Assembly (NCBI RefSeq): GCF_964355755.1
Contig: NC_092671.1
Coordinates: 2,294,001 to 2,358,000, forward strand
Origin: Antedon mediterranea
Taxonomy: Eukaryota; Animalia; Echinodermata
Direction of reading: 5' to 3'
DNA: 64,000 nt
Every line of letters begins with the position of its first letter. The stretch's first letter is position 1. The notes under the pieces were generated by a model, which did no database searches, was not told where the DNA came from, and saw only the letters and a program-made list of their open reading frames with translations. Positions 1 through 16,380 of the stretch are shown here, in pieces. A program made the translations under genes and the position numbers.

Positions 1-680
1 TGTCCTATGTTCCTTTAACATTTTCACTATTCAGGGGATACTTGTTGGGTCAAGAAGGAGTATCTCTAATAGTGGTTACTGTGCAGTATTTTATGTTGAA
101 CCAAAGTACTGAACCATGTATCTACTTGGTTTTAAGAGTGTCCTATGTTCCTTTAACATTTTCACTATTCAGGGGATACTTGTTGGGTCAAGAAGGAGTA
201 TCTCTAATAGTGGTTACTGTGCAGTATTTTATGTTGAACCAACGTACTGAACCATGTATCTACTTGGTTTTAAGAGTGTCCTATGTTCCTTTAACATTTT
301 CACTATTCAGGGGATACTTGTTGGGTCAAGAAGGAGTATCTCTAATAGTGGTTACTGTGCAGTATTTTGTGTTGAACCAAAGTACTGAACCATGTATCTA
401 CTTGGTTTTAAGAATGTCCTATGTTCCTTTAACATTTTCACTATTCAGGGGATACTTGTTGGGTCAAGAAGGAGTATCTCTAATAGTGGTTACTGTGCAG
501 TATTTTATGTTGAACCAAAGTACTGAACCATGTATCTACTTGGTTTTAAGAGTGTCCTATATGTTCCTTTAACATTTTCACTATTCAGGGGATACTTGTT
601 TGGTCTAGAAGGAGTATCTCTAATAGTGGTTACTGTGCACGATTTTATGTTGAACCAAAGTACTGAACCATGTATCTACT
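1..680. repeat. 138-bp tandem minisatellite, ~4.9 copies (continues beyond the window start)
   Basis: Unit tgtcctatgttcctttaacattttcactattcagggg...gttttaagag recurs at 1, 139, 277, ~415 and ~553. It explains the repetitive 176-aa ORF. Confidence 0.95.
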
Positions 681-3600
681 TTCTTCAAATCTAAATTATT
701 GTTAATACCTTTAGGGTCCGTATGCACAGATTCCTACATTTCTTTAAAACTAAATTAGATATCTTATATTAAATCAATTTTTGGAAATTTGTAGTATACA
801 CTGGTGACCCAATACACAACGGCCTACTTTCATTCAATGTATATTTATTTCAATTAATTTAATTTACGATTCCTAACTCTTTGATATAGAAAAACAATGA
901 GATGTGTTAAATTGGATAGTATGGTATTCCTCCAGGCATTTTGCGAGTCTTTCAAAATTTCTCCAGGTCCAGTAGTAATAGTAATTAATTTAATTTAAAA
1001 CACATTATTTCTGTACCTGTAGCAGTATGATGAATGTATAGGAGTTGGATTGCCAATTTGCATAGTTATTAAATAACAACCGTATTGGATGCCATCTTTA
1101 GGACGCACAACATTATAACCTATAAGCGTGTGTTTCGTTGGCTCTGGCGGCTTAAGTGAAACTTATGTGAAATACACCACCTATTATGCGTTATATCATA
1201 TTGCATAATTCTAACGTTGATATTTTCTTGAAATAAATTATTTGGAACTCTACAGTAAATCTGTTTGAAATCATAAATTGATTACGACTGTTAAAGTTAA
1301 TTTAAATCTTAAGCCTCTTATAATATATCTTTGATACTGCGAATAGCACAGTGTTTACAGCCACTTTTCAAAATCCGAATCTTATCGTATGACCAGCAGC
1401 ATGTTTTTATAACAGATTTAAAAGTAATGTTCTTATGGTAAAATAAAGAAAACACAATAGTCTTGAGAATAATAGGTAAAAGAAAATTAATTCCTTTGGA
1501 GCCACCTAAAAAGAAATTTGATATTTTATTCAATTAGATTGTAAAATGTATTAAAGCTGAACAATGGAATCTATCAATCAGCTTTACACCCTCTGTTTTT
1601 CTTTCGATATTGGAGATTAAGATTTGTATAGGAAATATAATAAGAATTTATTGGTATTAATGGTGGTAACCTAGATATGGTGATTCAACGATTTTGATAA
1701 CCTTTTCTTATGTTCTAGTTCAATTGAACATAAGCAAAATAAGGAAACAGCAATAATACAAATTGTTGACATGATGTACTGTATTTTTAGACGCAGTCAG
1801 TACAGTAGTTGCAGAATAAAGAGACTTGGCAATTTATTGGTGGAGGGGGGGGGGAAGGTTATCAAAATGGAGAGGGATGCTGGAGGGGCCATTGATCCAT
1901 CTGGATTTTACCACTCATACATGTTGTTATGGATGTGCCTACAGTGAAAACACTTTGGTCTGATAAAACATTTTATTGTTCTGAAGAGAACTTGCCTAAA
2001 TTTTTCCTACCCAGTCTAAAGTTAAGCACTCATAAATCAAGACTCTTCATAAAATTAATATCATATTATTTGCAAAATCTTGCGAACAACATTTTCATAA
2101 AAACCATAAATGTGTCAGATCCAGGATTTGTACAATAATGCACTTTTTTTAAAATACTCAGATTTTATTTTTCATGAATTTTAATTATGCTTTATTGTAT
2201 GTGACATAGGTTACACTTTACATCCATATTTACAGGTTTTTACTTTCAGTATGTCACTAAAGGTGAAACTAGAACCTACATTTACAATGCAGCTACTGCA
2301 TCCAAACGTCTTTATCTAATTGTCTACAACGCAAAAAACAAAAAAAATATTACTGATCCCTTGAATGGGTAGTACTCATGTTTTACCATAGAATGCATTT
2401 GTTACATTTTTACAGTAATCTCGCAAGGTATCACTAGAGGCTGACTGTTTACCACTCTGACATTTATTCACAAGGGTTTATCTAAAACAACGCTTCTGTA
2501 ATTAAGATTATCTACTCTTTTCCCAACAATTACATTAAAACGATTTTATTAATTGTGACAGTAATGATAAATAATAAATAAAAAACGTACTGGTCAATGC
2601 CCACCTAAGGACACATTACATTAATTGCTATTTTGACTATTCCATTTGTTTAAAGGGGTGTTTTTTTAATACTTTAAAAAAAAATATTTAAATAGTATCA
2701 TTAAATGAATACTAAACTTTGTGCATACAAATTACAATCCTACTATAAAAATGCTTTATTGTGCAAGCATTATTCCAAGTAAAAACATGAGTTTTTTATG
2801 TTTAGTATTGAAAGGATACAAACAACAACATTAGTAGCAATCAGCAGTGGTTTTTGTTTAATTTTTGTAGTTGAGTACAGTACAGTAGTACCATTAACCG
2901 CATAAAACTAGTTTTTAATAAGTTATTTACTGTAATTAATGGCATTAACAATTCAAATAGGAAACATAGGTTGAATGATCTGATTAATTCTTCTAATTTA
3001 CTTTCAATTATTCACGTTATATTATCAAATGTACCGAGTTCACTTCATAAAAAATAAGGAAGTTTTAATATATATCTTAATCGTTATTAATAGTGATCAT
3101 TGGAGTAGAATAACGTATCGTAATCAGTGCCAATATGCAAAAGGAAGCTAACGATAGGACGCATAAATCTTGATTGAAAGTAATAGTAATAATATATAGG
3201 TTTAACGTGTAACTAGTGACTGATGCTAGCTTGCTACGGCATTAGAATAAAGATACTGGACATCACTGCTACAGTACATAACTCATCTGGGCAGCAACAT
3301 CTTGTCATGTGATACAGGTAAACTGACCGACTACCTCATCGTATAGTGACCTATTTAAACATTTTGTTGTAGTAATGAACATTAAGGCGGAACGAAGATC
3401 AACTCGTGGAAATCCAACAACTAAAATTGAATATTTTGAATCATCGCAAACACTATAGCTTACACAAAATTCCTTTAGATTCAGTTTATAACTTTAAAAA
3501 AATTGCCTTGAATTCCGTTTATGTTGTTTATAATGTTTTTTTTTAATTAGTTAAAATGAAAAAGATTTTTTAAATTAAATGTCTAAAAATCTTTTTATCT

Positions 3601-6600
3601 TGGGTCATGATGTTAAATGTTTCACATTTAAATGTAAAGTGAAATATATTTGTGTTTATTTGTTTACTAAATCCATAACTTGTCACACATGAACGCATCA
3701 CACAGTGACATGTTGTATGTGTTATACTGTAGAGACTATTTACCATGAATTGAATATCCAATTCAAAGTTAATTAACATTATTTAAAAGTCATTCTATTC
3801 AAAATGTCTAATTAAATAATTTAATATTAAGTATCTTCAGACAATTATATAAATTAAACTCAAAATTGTTTTTGACTTATTTCTTTCATTTTTTGTTCAA
3901 TTATTTATAAAGATTAAATGTTTTAGTATTCCTAATTTTTATAATAACAATTTGGGTTTAAATCTAGAAACAGCTTTAACCTAGTTTGAATCTAACAACT
4001 TCATTCCACCGAAGAACAAGGTCCAGGTAAATTATCGAACAACTTGATCATTCCCGCGACATTCTCCCTCCGACGACACAGTTTACGCTAAACACCATCG
4101 ATACTATCCTTGTTAGCAATTCTAAAATATTTTTCATGATCAATTTTTTATTTTTGATAATTATGAGTGCTTTACATGGAGGTTTGCAGACGGATCGCAG
4201 ACTGCGAGTCTATGTACTGAAGGGTAGTATGGTCAAACATACTGTAGTAACAGAATTGATACAGTTATTTAAGTGTGAGAACAAACCATCGAATAAAATG
4301 GGCCTGAAATTAATCACGTGCAAAAAGAATCTGAAATGACGCCAAACCAATAAAACCATTTGGAATGGTCAGTTCACATTGGACTATACTAGAATAAAAA
4401 AAACATTTAACCTGAGAAAACATAACATTGTTCTTGAATGTGGTGTTACAATAATGAATTTAGCATTGTTTAAAATAACATAACTATCTACAGTATGAAA
4501 TTTAAAAATAGTAAATGTTAAACAAGTCCTACTTTCTTTCCGACATTAAGGAAATTATAGAAACACAGCTGGCCTTAGAACATAATGTCACATTGATAAT
4601 CAACCTACTGTACAGCTTCTTACTGACAGGGAATAGCCGATTCTCGGTACTGTATCTTGAAACTTTTCCAGTATCTTGGTAAATTCTGTATTATTAATAA
4701 ATTAAACATTAATTACTGTTTTACAGTAATCACCTTACTTACAGTATTTCAATCTGCTATGATAAATAATCTACCAAGAATTTTGAGACATGATTTACTA
4801 GATACAAAAAATTGGCTAAAATATTAGAGAAAAAAACTTAATTAATTAAAATCTGAATAATGACTATCTATATGTTGATTCTTAAATTAAAAAATAATTG
4901 TATGGAATCTGTTTTTACAGTATCTATCAATTGTAAATAATTTAGACAAAAATATTAAAATTTATTTGCTTTCGTTTGTACAATTATATTGTTAAATATA
5001 AAAAACAAAATATGGTTCATTTTCTTTTTTAATTATTTGGCGACAGAATCAGAGTGGAAAGACAATTAAGTAATTGGTGGGATAAAAAAAAAAACACAAA
5101 AAGTCTGATTTAAGAATCAAAACAAATAATTGGGAAAGAAATTAATTGTTATAACGTATACGATGCAAGTCAAACTAAATGTAACAACGTATTGTTTTAT
5201 TAAGTTCATGGTGATTTTTGATTTAATCATGTACAGTATTTATAATGAACTATTTTTCATTATGATTCAGTACTTTGAACATGAAACATGAAAATGAACA
5301 CAAACAATTTAACTGAAAAATGTCATTTCCTAAGGTTGTGTAAAACATGGCAACTTAATATTTTCTTTTTTGCATATAGTAATTTACTTCCAAGGTCAGT
5401 GTTGCTACTAATATATTACTTTTCAAGTCTTACATAAATAAGTAGATTTCATCAATATAAGTGGTACATTTTGGGTTTTTATAATTTTTATTAAAAACAA
5501 GGATGATTTTTTTTTTCATTTGAATTACAGTAACATTTCTATTAATTTAACAAAGTTTCCCCTTCATAAATGTACAGTACATTGGAATTTTCAGAGTAAA
5601 GTGTCCTCTAAAAGGGGGTTCCCCCTGAATATGGGGTGGCTTTAGTATTGACCCTCACACATTTCATTGTAAAGTGTCTCCTTTCTAAATATATTTATAA
5701 ATTTAATTCACATTGAATAAAAACAAAACAAAATATAGATGTTCATTAAATTTGTTTTTATGAAATTACTACAACCAAATGAATTTCCCTGGAGTTTGGG
5801 ATAATAAAGTTTTATTCTATTATATGTATTGTATTAAATTGAACAATTAGAAGAAAAATGTTTACATTTTTTATTGGAAAAATACCTGTTTTAATAACAA
5901 GACAACTTCTATTCAAGGGACATTTGTTAGGTCCCAAAAGGTCTTTTTAGTTCAACTGTACTATTATTATGTCATGTTAAAATAATGTATATTATGTATT
6001 TGTCATGATTTCAATGGTTACTAGTTGGTAGCATATTCGACATTACTGCGATATGTACAGTACACACATGGTTGGGTGGGTATGAATGATCGTTTTAAGG
6101 TAGCGTGCAAGAAGAGAATTATTTCTAATTTTTCGCTTCACAAAATCAATTCATACGCAACACATATTTGTTTTTGGTATAGTTAGAATACAAACTAGAG
6201 CTGTTAAACCCTCAAGCTAAAATGATACAATACTTTAAGTTATGCTATCATATCACCACAGTCAATATTATGTGCCGTATTTCCTATATACCGTAGTATG
6301 TAATCAATTTCATGAAATGCGAACTCATCAAGGAAAAATTAAATCTAAACTCTGAATTTTTTTCTAACGTGAAATGAAAGAGAGCTGCGTACGTGTAGGT
6401 CATTTTGGTAATCAGTTCCACAATAGAACATTAATCTTATTTTACGAGAATGGGCGCCAATGACAAATGAAGTTGAAATAAAAGAGAGTTTAAAGAAACT
6501 TAAATACTATTATGATGTTTTTATAACAATTCATATTTTGCCAATAAAATGGCATTTCAAATGGGATATCCTTCTCTTAATCGAGATAATCGGTGAAGAT

Positions 6601-8238
6601 GTCAAAAATACTTTTGAAAACGATCACTAACGAATTCACAATGAGCTTCTTTGTTGTACTTTTAAGGTTATAAAAAACTAATGTATGAATTTAAACAGCT
6701 TTACGTAATTATCCATGTAGTAGAATGAGGTCAAAGAGGTATTTTTCATTAGCTAAATATCCTTTATGTCCAATTTGTTTTAATTATTGAATAAAGTGGC
6801 ACATTGCCAAACATATAGGATAACAATAAATGTATCAACTCAATAAACAAAGCATATAACTGTATAAAGACCAAATGGGAGTTTCCCAACGGTGTATTAA
6901 AATTAAATATTCAAATTTAATGAATGAGTTAGAGTGCAGATGTTTCTAGGTATTAAATCGTGTCATCTTTTTCTAAATTATGTATCAAAAGAGTTAATAA
7001 AATTGCCAACAAAATCAATAAAAACCATCTTGAGTATAGCAACCCTATTTGAATTAACATAACATTAATATTATAAAACATCACATACTTTTAAATCGTA
7101 CAGTAGCAGAAAATCTACATGTGTATATCAAATATTATTATCTAAAAATATAAATTCTGAAATAATTTTTTTTAAAAACTTGTTTTCAAATTGTTATTGG
7201 ATCTGTTCAGACTATTTTGCAAACATACATGGGTATAGATGCTGGAGAAAGGTGGACAGGATCAAATGTTATTAAAGGCCCTTTCACACAGCATCATTTT
7301 TACCTAATAATGTATGAGCCAAGATCGCACAACCTGTTGTTTTACGACATTACTGTACTACAGTAGCACAAAAAGTCTTACTCAAATCGCTAGGTGAGTT
7401 TAGTACAGTATACTCCAACTTGCCCAGTACTGTACCGTGTAACCTTAGACCTTAGGTCCATGGTCTAACTAACCATGAGTTAGGTGCTGTCACACTATTT
7501 ATTGTGCTAGTTTTAAGAATCTCGATTCATAAAATGTAATGATTGCAATGCTACAACGTTTATTAACATTATAATGTCCTAAATGTCTTAAAATATGATT
7601 ACTAGTGTAATGTCTACAGTACTGTAGGTGAAAGAAATGGCTTTCTTTTTAAAAAAGGCATGTACAGTAAACATGAATAAAACGTTACTAAATAATTACT
7701 TAATATACACTTACTTAACATGAATCGGACAGAAAGTGCCTGGCATGCTCAGCTCATGCCTTCAACTGGACTTTGGTGACAAGATATAATCCATACGAAA
7801 TCAAATCTGACGATAACGTACACTTAAATGTATACCAGTATCTATTTCTCGGACTGTAGAAATTGGATAAACATCTCACTATCTCTCAACATGATTCGAC
7901 ACAGCTGAAATTTCCACTGAATTTTCTAACAGTCAGAAAGTGCTATATTACCAGTGGGGAATGTCTACTTGAAACCGGCTAAATTAATAATGTGTGAAAT
8001 GCTAAAGGTATAACCAAGTCAAATAGGAAGTCATGCATGCAATAGATAATTTTTAAATGCACGAAAACCAAAGATCTTGCACGGGAGAACTATAAGATCG
8101 TTAACAAGATAAATTTGAGAACTCTCAAACTATAATGCAAAAATAGCTGTCTGTCATACAGTACCATTACTTTGACCATGTGTATAAAACATATATTTAA
8201 TCAAATGCAACCCAATTGGAGAAATCACATAGGGAGTG

Positions 8239-8395
8239 TAAAGCTCTGTCTACACTATCAAACTTTATGTGACAAAACAATGTGATGTGCCCATGTACTG
8301 TATGGACATGATGATGTCATATCACTACCATATTTGGGCATATCACAACTATATTTGGGCACATCACATTTTGTTTATCAAAAGTTTGACAGAGT
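8239..8395. mobile_element. Abundant ~150-bp MITE (TIR AAGCTCTGTCTACACTATCAAACT, TA-flanked)
   Basis: Left TIR and the internal gtgatgtgccc/atcactaccatatttgggc core are shared with copies at about 17977-18150, 23321-23478, 24250-24369, 46368-46528, 47916-48085, 48313-48490 and 61962-62083. Confidence 0.85.
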
Positions 8396-11300
8396 AAAAA
8401 AATATATTCCTCTCATTAATACGATATGACTGCAGAGGCTGTGTTGCATCCTTATGTCAATGTGGGGAAGGGGATTGGATATGAACAGTGGGGACAGTAT
8501 AGTGTTCCTTATCAATGTGGTACTGGGGTCTGACTAACAAGCTCATTAGCAGTTTATATCATACATAACATGACAGTAAATATGGTAGGGGTCCAGTTAA
8601 GTTCTCTTATAATTAGATATTTTGATTATTGCTTTAAGATACACATCACAAGATAGTATAAAGGTTAGGAGGTCAAGCAAATGCTAAATACAGATTAAAA
8701 TCACGATGATGGCCACTGTAGCAATGTAATGCTATATATTTAATACTTCTGGATTCTCAGTTGAGATGATTAACTAAATAATAAATTAATTCTGATAGTA
8801 CATTTTATTTAATTAAACTTTTAGCAGATTTTAAGCAAATAGAAAATCCATGGAAATTCTGCAGACTACTTAAAGATTCAATGTTCAGATTTTTCACCCA
8901 AACGACACCAGGGCTATTGCATTTACTAGACTCCGAATACTGTACCAACATGCCTGACCATATATAGTACAGTAAGATGTTCCATAGTACATACAGTTTA
9001 TAGAGGGATAACTAAAATGAAAAACCCCTCCTGAAGGCATAAGATCCTCTAACTAACCCCTTACATTTAGAAACTAACCCACTATTATTCCAAATCTGGC
9101 TGCATGCCTAAAATCTGAAGATATTTTCTTTCAAGTTGATTGGATTTGTTGACACCTTGGGTGTTTTCACACCCTTGAGGTTTAGCACGTTATTCAATTC
9201 AATCTAGTAACCTATTCAAAACTCATTTGAAAACTGATTAAATGAAGCAGAAATACTAAATATATCAAGATTTACGGTACTCCACATGAATGAAGGAATT
9301 TACACTTTGCTACGAAAGCATGGACAGTAATTGCGCCCCTCAATATGACCTCCTGTAAAGTACAAGTTCTATTGGGCAATTTTCAGCCAAAATAATTAAA
9401 TAATAAACAAAGTCACTACACTAATTTTTAAAACTTTAGATTTCATTTCATACATTGATGCAGTATTAAATTACAACATATTAAATAAAAAAAAACGAAA
9501 GAATTTGCAATAAATATCACTTAAGATATTTGCAAATTACCAAATAATAATTTCTGCAACTTATCTTAACATACAAACTATACGTACTATTTTCAGAATG
9601 TATCCGATTACAGAATGAAGTATTAGCAACAATACATGGCGAGCGAAAGGTAATTTTCCTTACCCTAGTTTTCCTAGCACTGTCATCATAACGAACATAG
9701 GAATCTAGGACTAAATAGCAACAGAAACCAGGTTACATTCTCCATTTCAAGTTCTCTTTCATTGCCCGCTAAATTGCCAAATGGATGCCTAGATTTTGCT
9801 GTCATCTTCGATTCACTCGCAAACGTAACAAGTCTGTTTTTTTAATCCAATCAATTCGAAAGTTACTCGTTGGCATTTTTAATTTCTTTTTTGTTGATCA
9901 ATGCTTCAAAATGTAGATGTTTTATTAAAAGAAATTAATGGTTTTATGTTGAGGCAGGTGATAGTGGAGAAAAAAAGAAAAAGCTCTTTTAGCATGACGA
10001 TGTCAAACTACACCAGTTTATAACAATAACACCTTTTATCATTACTTTTAACCCACTTTCTCTTGGAGTTCAGTAAGATATAAGATCACAAATATGAAAT
10101 ATTATTTTCAAGATATTACTGGAGAAAACTAAAAATAATAAAGCCGATAAGAAAACAGCAGACATGGGCTGTGAGTATTATACTAGAAATAAAGATACAG
10201 TACAGCCAAATGTCTAAAAGACAAGGCAAACTAGAGTACATTGATACTAAAGTATGTAGTATACAAAACCAAGTCTAGCCAACAAATAATTAGCTTAAAA
10301 GTAAAAAAAAAAGTCAGAATGTTCAGAAATTACTGTAAAGAAATAAAGTAAATTTGTGGAAGATACAGTAAAAAGTATAACAATTTAAATCTATTTTTAA
10401 ACCTAAAAATCATAACACCCAACCATCATTTGAATAATAGAACAAGTCACACATCTACACAATCAAACATCGTATACTCTATCTCTAACAATATTTCAAT
10501 CTTCTATTGACTAAAGCTGAAGTATAGTCGTTATCTTGGGACCGTTCTATGGCCACCACCAGGTAGGCTTACTTCATTAAGGCTTCTATGAATGGATGTA
10601 CTGGTTGGGAGCAGGAACGCTAGTAGACCAAACCCAGTACCGTTTCGATTACGATCAATCAGGAAATTACCTCAAGAACATTAGAAAGTTTGTTTACAAT
10701 GGAATGCAGATTCTCTTTAAATTAAATACCATTAATGTATTATATATTTTTAAAAGTAACTTATTAATTTATGATAAGATCAAATAAAATCATGGATTTT
10801 ACTATTGGGAATATTGGAAAAAAAAGAAAAAAAGATTAAAATAATGTTTATAGCAGTTCTGTCTGTCAGCAAAATTCATTAAAAGCTTGAACAGAACAAG
10901 CTTTTAATTTGACTACATTTACAGTTACTATCAAATGTCGATTAAACCTGAACATTCTCATTATAAAAAACAAGAAATATAGGACAGAAAAGTATTGCAA
11001 ATTTGGTTAAATGACTACAGTAACCGTACATATATTGTACAGTGCTATACAAAAGAAATAATATAGTTATTGATATTCAAAATAATACAATATATAATGA
11101 GCAGGGAAGGTTTACAGCAGCAGCATACAGTAGCAAAATATTACATAATATTGTATTAATGTTTATTTACAGTATCAAATGGTCAAGCCAAAAATGCTGT
11201 TTTCAAAATTCAGATTTATCAACAATTTACTGTATTGCTATATCAAATTTGATTTAATGAAAATGCTTCATGTACAGTATAGTTGGACATGGATTGGTCA

Positions 11301-14300
11301 TAAATATATTTAATAAAAATGCTCCATGTACAGTATAGTTGGACATGGATTGGTCATAAATATATTTATAACATATATTCCAGTGTTACTGGTATACTGT
11401 AGATGAGTCTTAGCAAATTATGTAATAAATAATTTTTGTTTAATTTGGAATAGAAAGAGATTACCTCAATATATCACACTACCTTTAGCAGGTTATAATT
11501 TGGTATACTGCATACTGTACTTTTTAAAAAAATGTTAGGCCTTGGGGGTAATTTTCATTATCAAAAATCGAAAAATAAAACAAGACTACTTTAAATGGTA
11601 TCAAAAGTTAGCTGTCATCCATGATGCAATGAAACAAGATAATTGGAACAAGCACAATTTGCTGAAATCTAAGTAATTGTAGAATTGAAGCACTGAAAAA
11701 TTAGACAGCCTAACAACAAAGGAAGGACCCAATTCTAACATGTAAATTATATACTTATTGTTAAATACATTTCAAGCTTGGAACGCATAGTCTAAACTGA
11801 CACATTTTCTATTCATCCTATTTTCTATTCATCATTATTTTGTACAGAAAGTCCACAAAGAAAAAAAATTGTATTGTGGCTTAACGTTTGTAAACAGGCA
11901 CATATTTAGTTTTTTAGAGGGAAAGTAAAAGCTGCTTTAAAATGGGTCACACGCTTAAGACCTTCTGAATATAAAAGACCTGGGAATATTTTAAAAAGTT
12001 GATATGTTGCAAAACATGTCTTCAAAATATACATGATTCTAATTAGCAACCACAGTTGTACACTGAGAGTTGGAATGTTTGTTTGATTTTATTGCAACTG
12101 CTCACATGCAGGTAGTTATGTGGTAGTTCAATAACATGAATGTAATTGTACTGGGAAGTTTTTAAACTATATTTGGACCACACCTAGATACTGTACTGTA
12201 AGGAGGGGGAGAGTGTTAATTAGGTAACAAAATGCCCTTGCAGTGCGAAGGGGGACTAAATGCTCAAGAGCAGGTTTCTTTTTAAACTGCAGGCTGGAGA
12301 ATTGATGCAATCACAACATGGACCAATCAAAAACTGGACCAATCAAAATTTATCATTTATGGCTGAGCTGTAAAACATATCTTATCCACCATAATACTAT
12401 GCTTTTATTATTGAATATTTTGTCATAAAATTTCACAAATATTTTATTAGTTGCTATTTCTGGAAGATCTTAAAACAACTTTGCTTTTAGAACAATCTGC
12501 AGGATAAAGAAAAAAAAGCATTATTAGCACGAAAACTTTCAAATTTTAAAGGATAATATTTTTACTGTCGTGAGGTTCGATGACCGTTTGCACAGCTTTT
12601 GTTGCATCAACAAACACAATACTTGTATCTTATTCAAAGCAACGATTCTTACATGTTGTGTTTTCGTAACTAGAAACCAATCATTTCGGACTTGTCAGGT
12701 GAATAAACTTACGTAAATCTTGATTACCGAACCTAAACATTTCTCATCACCTACAGAAATAACACACACGCAGAAGTTGAGGCATTTTATCAAGATTTTA
12801 TCAAGTTTAAAAACCTGTAGGAGCGCCTCAATCAAGATCAAATCTAATTTTAAAAGTATTTTATATACAAGCTACAGACTTTGTTACTGTGTATGACACG
12901 TTTATAGAGTGCTTAAAACAATACTTTGAAAGTGAAGTGTGTAGCCTAGGGGAAAAGGGCCTAGCATGCCAACTGGGACAGGTTTTAAACACTCCTAAAA
13001 TAACAAATCTACACAAAAACCTCAAACAATGAACCACCAATATGAAAAAAACCTGCATAACTTATGATCAATGAATTTCATATATTTCATCGCCATAGGC
13101 ATAAAATAATTTCTTTCATCTTTTGCATGTCATTTATTAAATAAAAACCACAAGTGCTGGGCTTATGTCTGTAACCTGTATACAATGTATAGCCTTGCTT
13201 CAACTCACACACAATCAGTAACCGCGATAACAATAGTACATTATTATACAATGAAGGGCCGAAACATATTTATCGCTTTTGTAACGTAGACTTGCATTGT
13301 TGCACCTGAAAAAATGGGATGCTTTTGTTGTGAGTTCAGCTAAGTTCATTTAGAGACATAGATTGACATCATTCTCACTACTGCCTATATTTTATGACCG
13401 AATCTAACAAAAGACCAGCCTGAGAAAGCAGTTTGGTGGCAGTTAAAAACTTTGATATTTATAGCATACTGTACAGACACTCTACTAGACACCCTAATGT
13501 CAGTTTTTCCTGAAATTCTGGTAACCAAATGTTCTTAATGGTAAATAAGAATTTGATACCTTTTGTATGTCATGAAAAGTCTGCTTATGAGGTTCTGGTT
13601 ATACTGTAGGAGACTGAATTTAGAAAAAGTTTTATTTATGTAGGTTAAGGTACTGAATGCAATGCAAGCCATTAGAAATTTGTTTACTGTACAATAGTTC
13701 CCTTTCATGACATCATACAGTAACTGCCACAGTATCTGAAGTTAAGTTGCCGGAGGGATTTATTTTTTAGCTCAACACTGCCCTCTATTCGAGTCAGAAG
13801 TGTTGTGACAAGCAATACCACGGTACTGTAGCTATAAGTAAAGGGAAACCCCTTCCGTTCGGCCAAAAAAATAAATATTATGACCGCATGCTGTATGATT
13901 GTATAATGGCTTAAATATCGTAAATATAATTATGTTTGGGCTTTTTTGTAACTGTTTCTAGCGATTAAAATTTATCGTCGTATCTGCCAACAAATGTAAT
14001 AAGCAGTTGTATATGTTAATGAAAATTACTAATTGTTTAACTAAAAAGAAGAAATTGTTAATGTTTTTAATTTACTAAGACTGTTACTTACTGTAAACTC
14101 AACGATACAAGTACACTGAAACTTTATAAACATTGGTGGCAGCAGACTAACTAATAATCAAAACAAAAAGCCTGAAGCTCATCTCAGCATGTTGTCAAAA
14201 ATATATGACAAAAGAAGGCCTTAGATTGAATTCAACCCCCTGGGAGGAAATATTCCATTTTGCTAACAAATCAAACTTGGTTGATAATAAACTTGACATG

Positions 14301-16344
14301 TTTTACAATTATTTTATTTTAACAACTTAGAGTACAGTAATCTAGATTCAATTGAATGTACAGTACAGCAATGTTTATAAGTACATTATTCTTTTAATAA
14401 TATTAAATACAGTACTTTTAAGTACTGTATTATTTAAAAATAATTAAAGATATTGAAAAATATTTAACTTATACTAATGTATATGTACAAATTGTTACAT
14501 GGTTATCTCCTGCTTGTTTGTCATGCAATTTAAATGCCATATAATTAATTAGTAATGTATTTTAATATGCAGCTATAGTATTTTCACAAAAAATCCTAGT
14601 ACTGAAATTGGTCAATTTTCAAAGAATTACTATACTAGAGAAGAAAATGACAATAGAATAGACTCCAGACCATACAGCAACACCATTGTTTCGTGTACCT
14701 GTACAGTAGGGCCTAACACAGTTATAGTAGCGTACAGTAACATGTATAATTTCCATATCTTTATTTTTAAGATCAGACAATCAGACACCACAACTTCCTT
14801 TTAAGTTCTAATACAAGTTCATCTTTTCTTTGTATTTAACCAAAACATCCCTTTGTTCCAAAAACTGTTTTAACCTTCAACTTTTATTACGAATACAAAA
14901 ATAACCTAACTTCTTATCCATTGATCTACCCTTGATCTTGGCCATGAAATGTTTTGCAATATTCATCGGCATCGTTTTATTAATATGCTCGGATTATTTA
15001 CAGATACCCACAAATCATCAGCGCATTAAGAGATTATTTTCAAGGGTAAAGGAACGAAAATAGTATATAAATTATTAATCAAAACAATTTAGGTCAGATT
15101 ATTTGCACATTAAATTCCAAGGGAGATGTATTTTGAATTTTAATGACATACTCTCAAAGGTCACATTAATGATCATAATAATTATCAACATTTAGTTATA
15201 TTTTGTACGCAGATGACCGCAATATGTATGTCACTTTTTTCATTAGGAAAAGCTATTGTACCCTACTTTGCCGTGCAGTAGCATAAAAAATATTGATTTT
15301 ACTTAATACTTAGTGTATCGTAATGAATTGATTTTGAACATGGAATTATTTTACTGTAAAAATAAGCTACTTCATCTTTTAGTACTGTACATCACATTCA
15401 GATTCTCGGCACTGTCTAGCTTCTTCCTTATGTTTTAAAATGTAACATTATTTATCATTGTAAAACAAAATATTATTTGGAAAATAAAGTTGGAAGTTGA
15501 AGTATCTAGATTTCTCCAGTATCATATAAAACAATTATTTAATACATATTTATCACACCATAGACCACAACCTAACTCTTAACCTAGTATGTTACAGGCA
15601 AAACATGTTTACACATAAGATACTGTATCACAGAATCTTCACATGATACTGGGCAAGTATTATCAGATTTGGACAATTAAGGACAATAAATAATTTAGAC
15701 ATTATCCTATCCTACTGTACTGTAATATCATAGTACTTTACTGTACACATGGTTGAGTGGTCGGTAATCAATGCAATTAACAAAATCTGTTTATTATTAC
15801 TGAATATTGTAAGATTCATGTCTGCAATTATAAAAAAAATCAATCAAATAAAACATTAAACATATTTGTACAGTAGGATTAAAATAAGAATAAATGAAAT
15901 TTAGCTAATTTAGCTACTGTATGAATCTACTGTATAATCAGGGAGTTGTATAATCAGATACACTGTAATACAGGTGTATGGACTACTCATATACAGGCTA
16001 ATCCAAATGTATTCAAGCTACTTTTAATACACTAGTAGTTTTTAAATTATTTTGCATTAATTGATGGAACTGACTGACTGATTTATTTACTTAAACAATG
16101 CATTACTGGATTATCATCAGTGAATACATTTTTTAAATGCTAATACTACATTACAGTACAATATCCGCATTTCACTATCATGTTTTAAGTACCTACAGTA
16201 CAGTACGTACAGTACAGTACAGGATAGCACACTACTGTATACAGAAACAGAATTCATTATGCATACTGTAGGATATGCTCCTTTAGATTATTTGACTCAG
16301 TTTTGGTGGATAATTACTACTGTACCTAAGTCTACAGTAGGTGT

Positions 16345-16380
16345 TTGTCTGAAATAAAGCTGAATTGAATTGAATTGAAT
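16345..16380 (+). mobile_element. 3' tail remnant of an L2/CR1-type LINE or SINE
   Basis: aataaagc followed by a (tgaat)n microsatellite tail. Confidence 0.4.

Noticed and set aside
42-572. 176-aa repetitive ORF
   Set aside because: By-product of a 138-bp tandem repeat; non-ATG start and no recognisable domain.
10530-10790. GC-richer patch with a short ORF and possible minus-strand donor
   Set aside because: No recognisable homology and no clear acceptor/donor pair.
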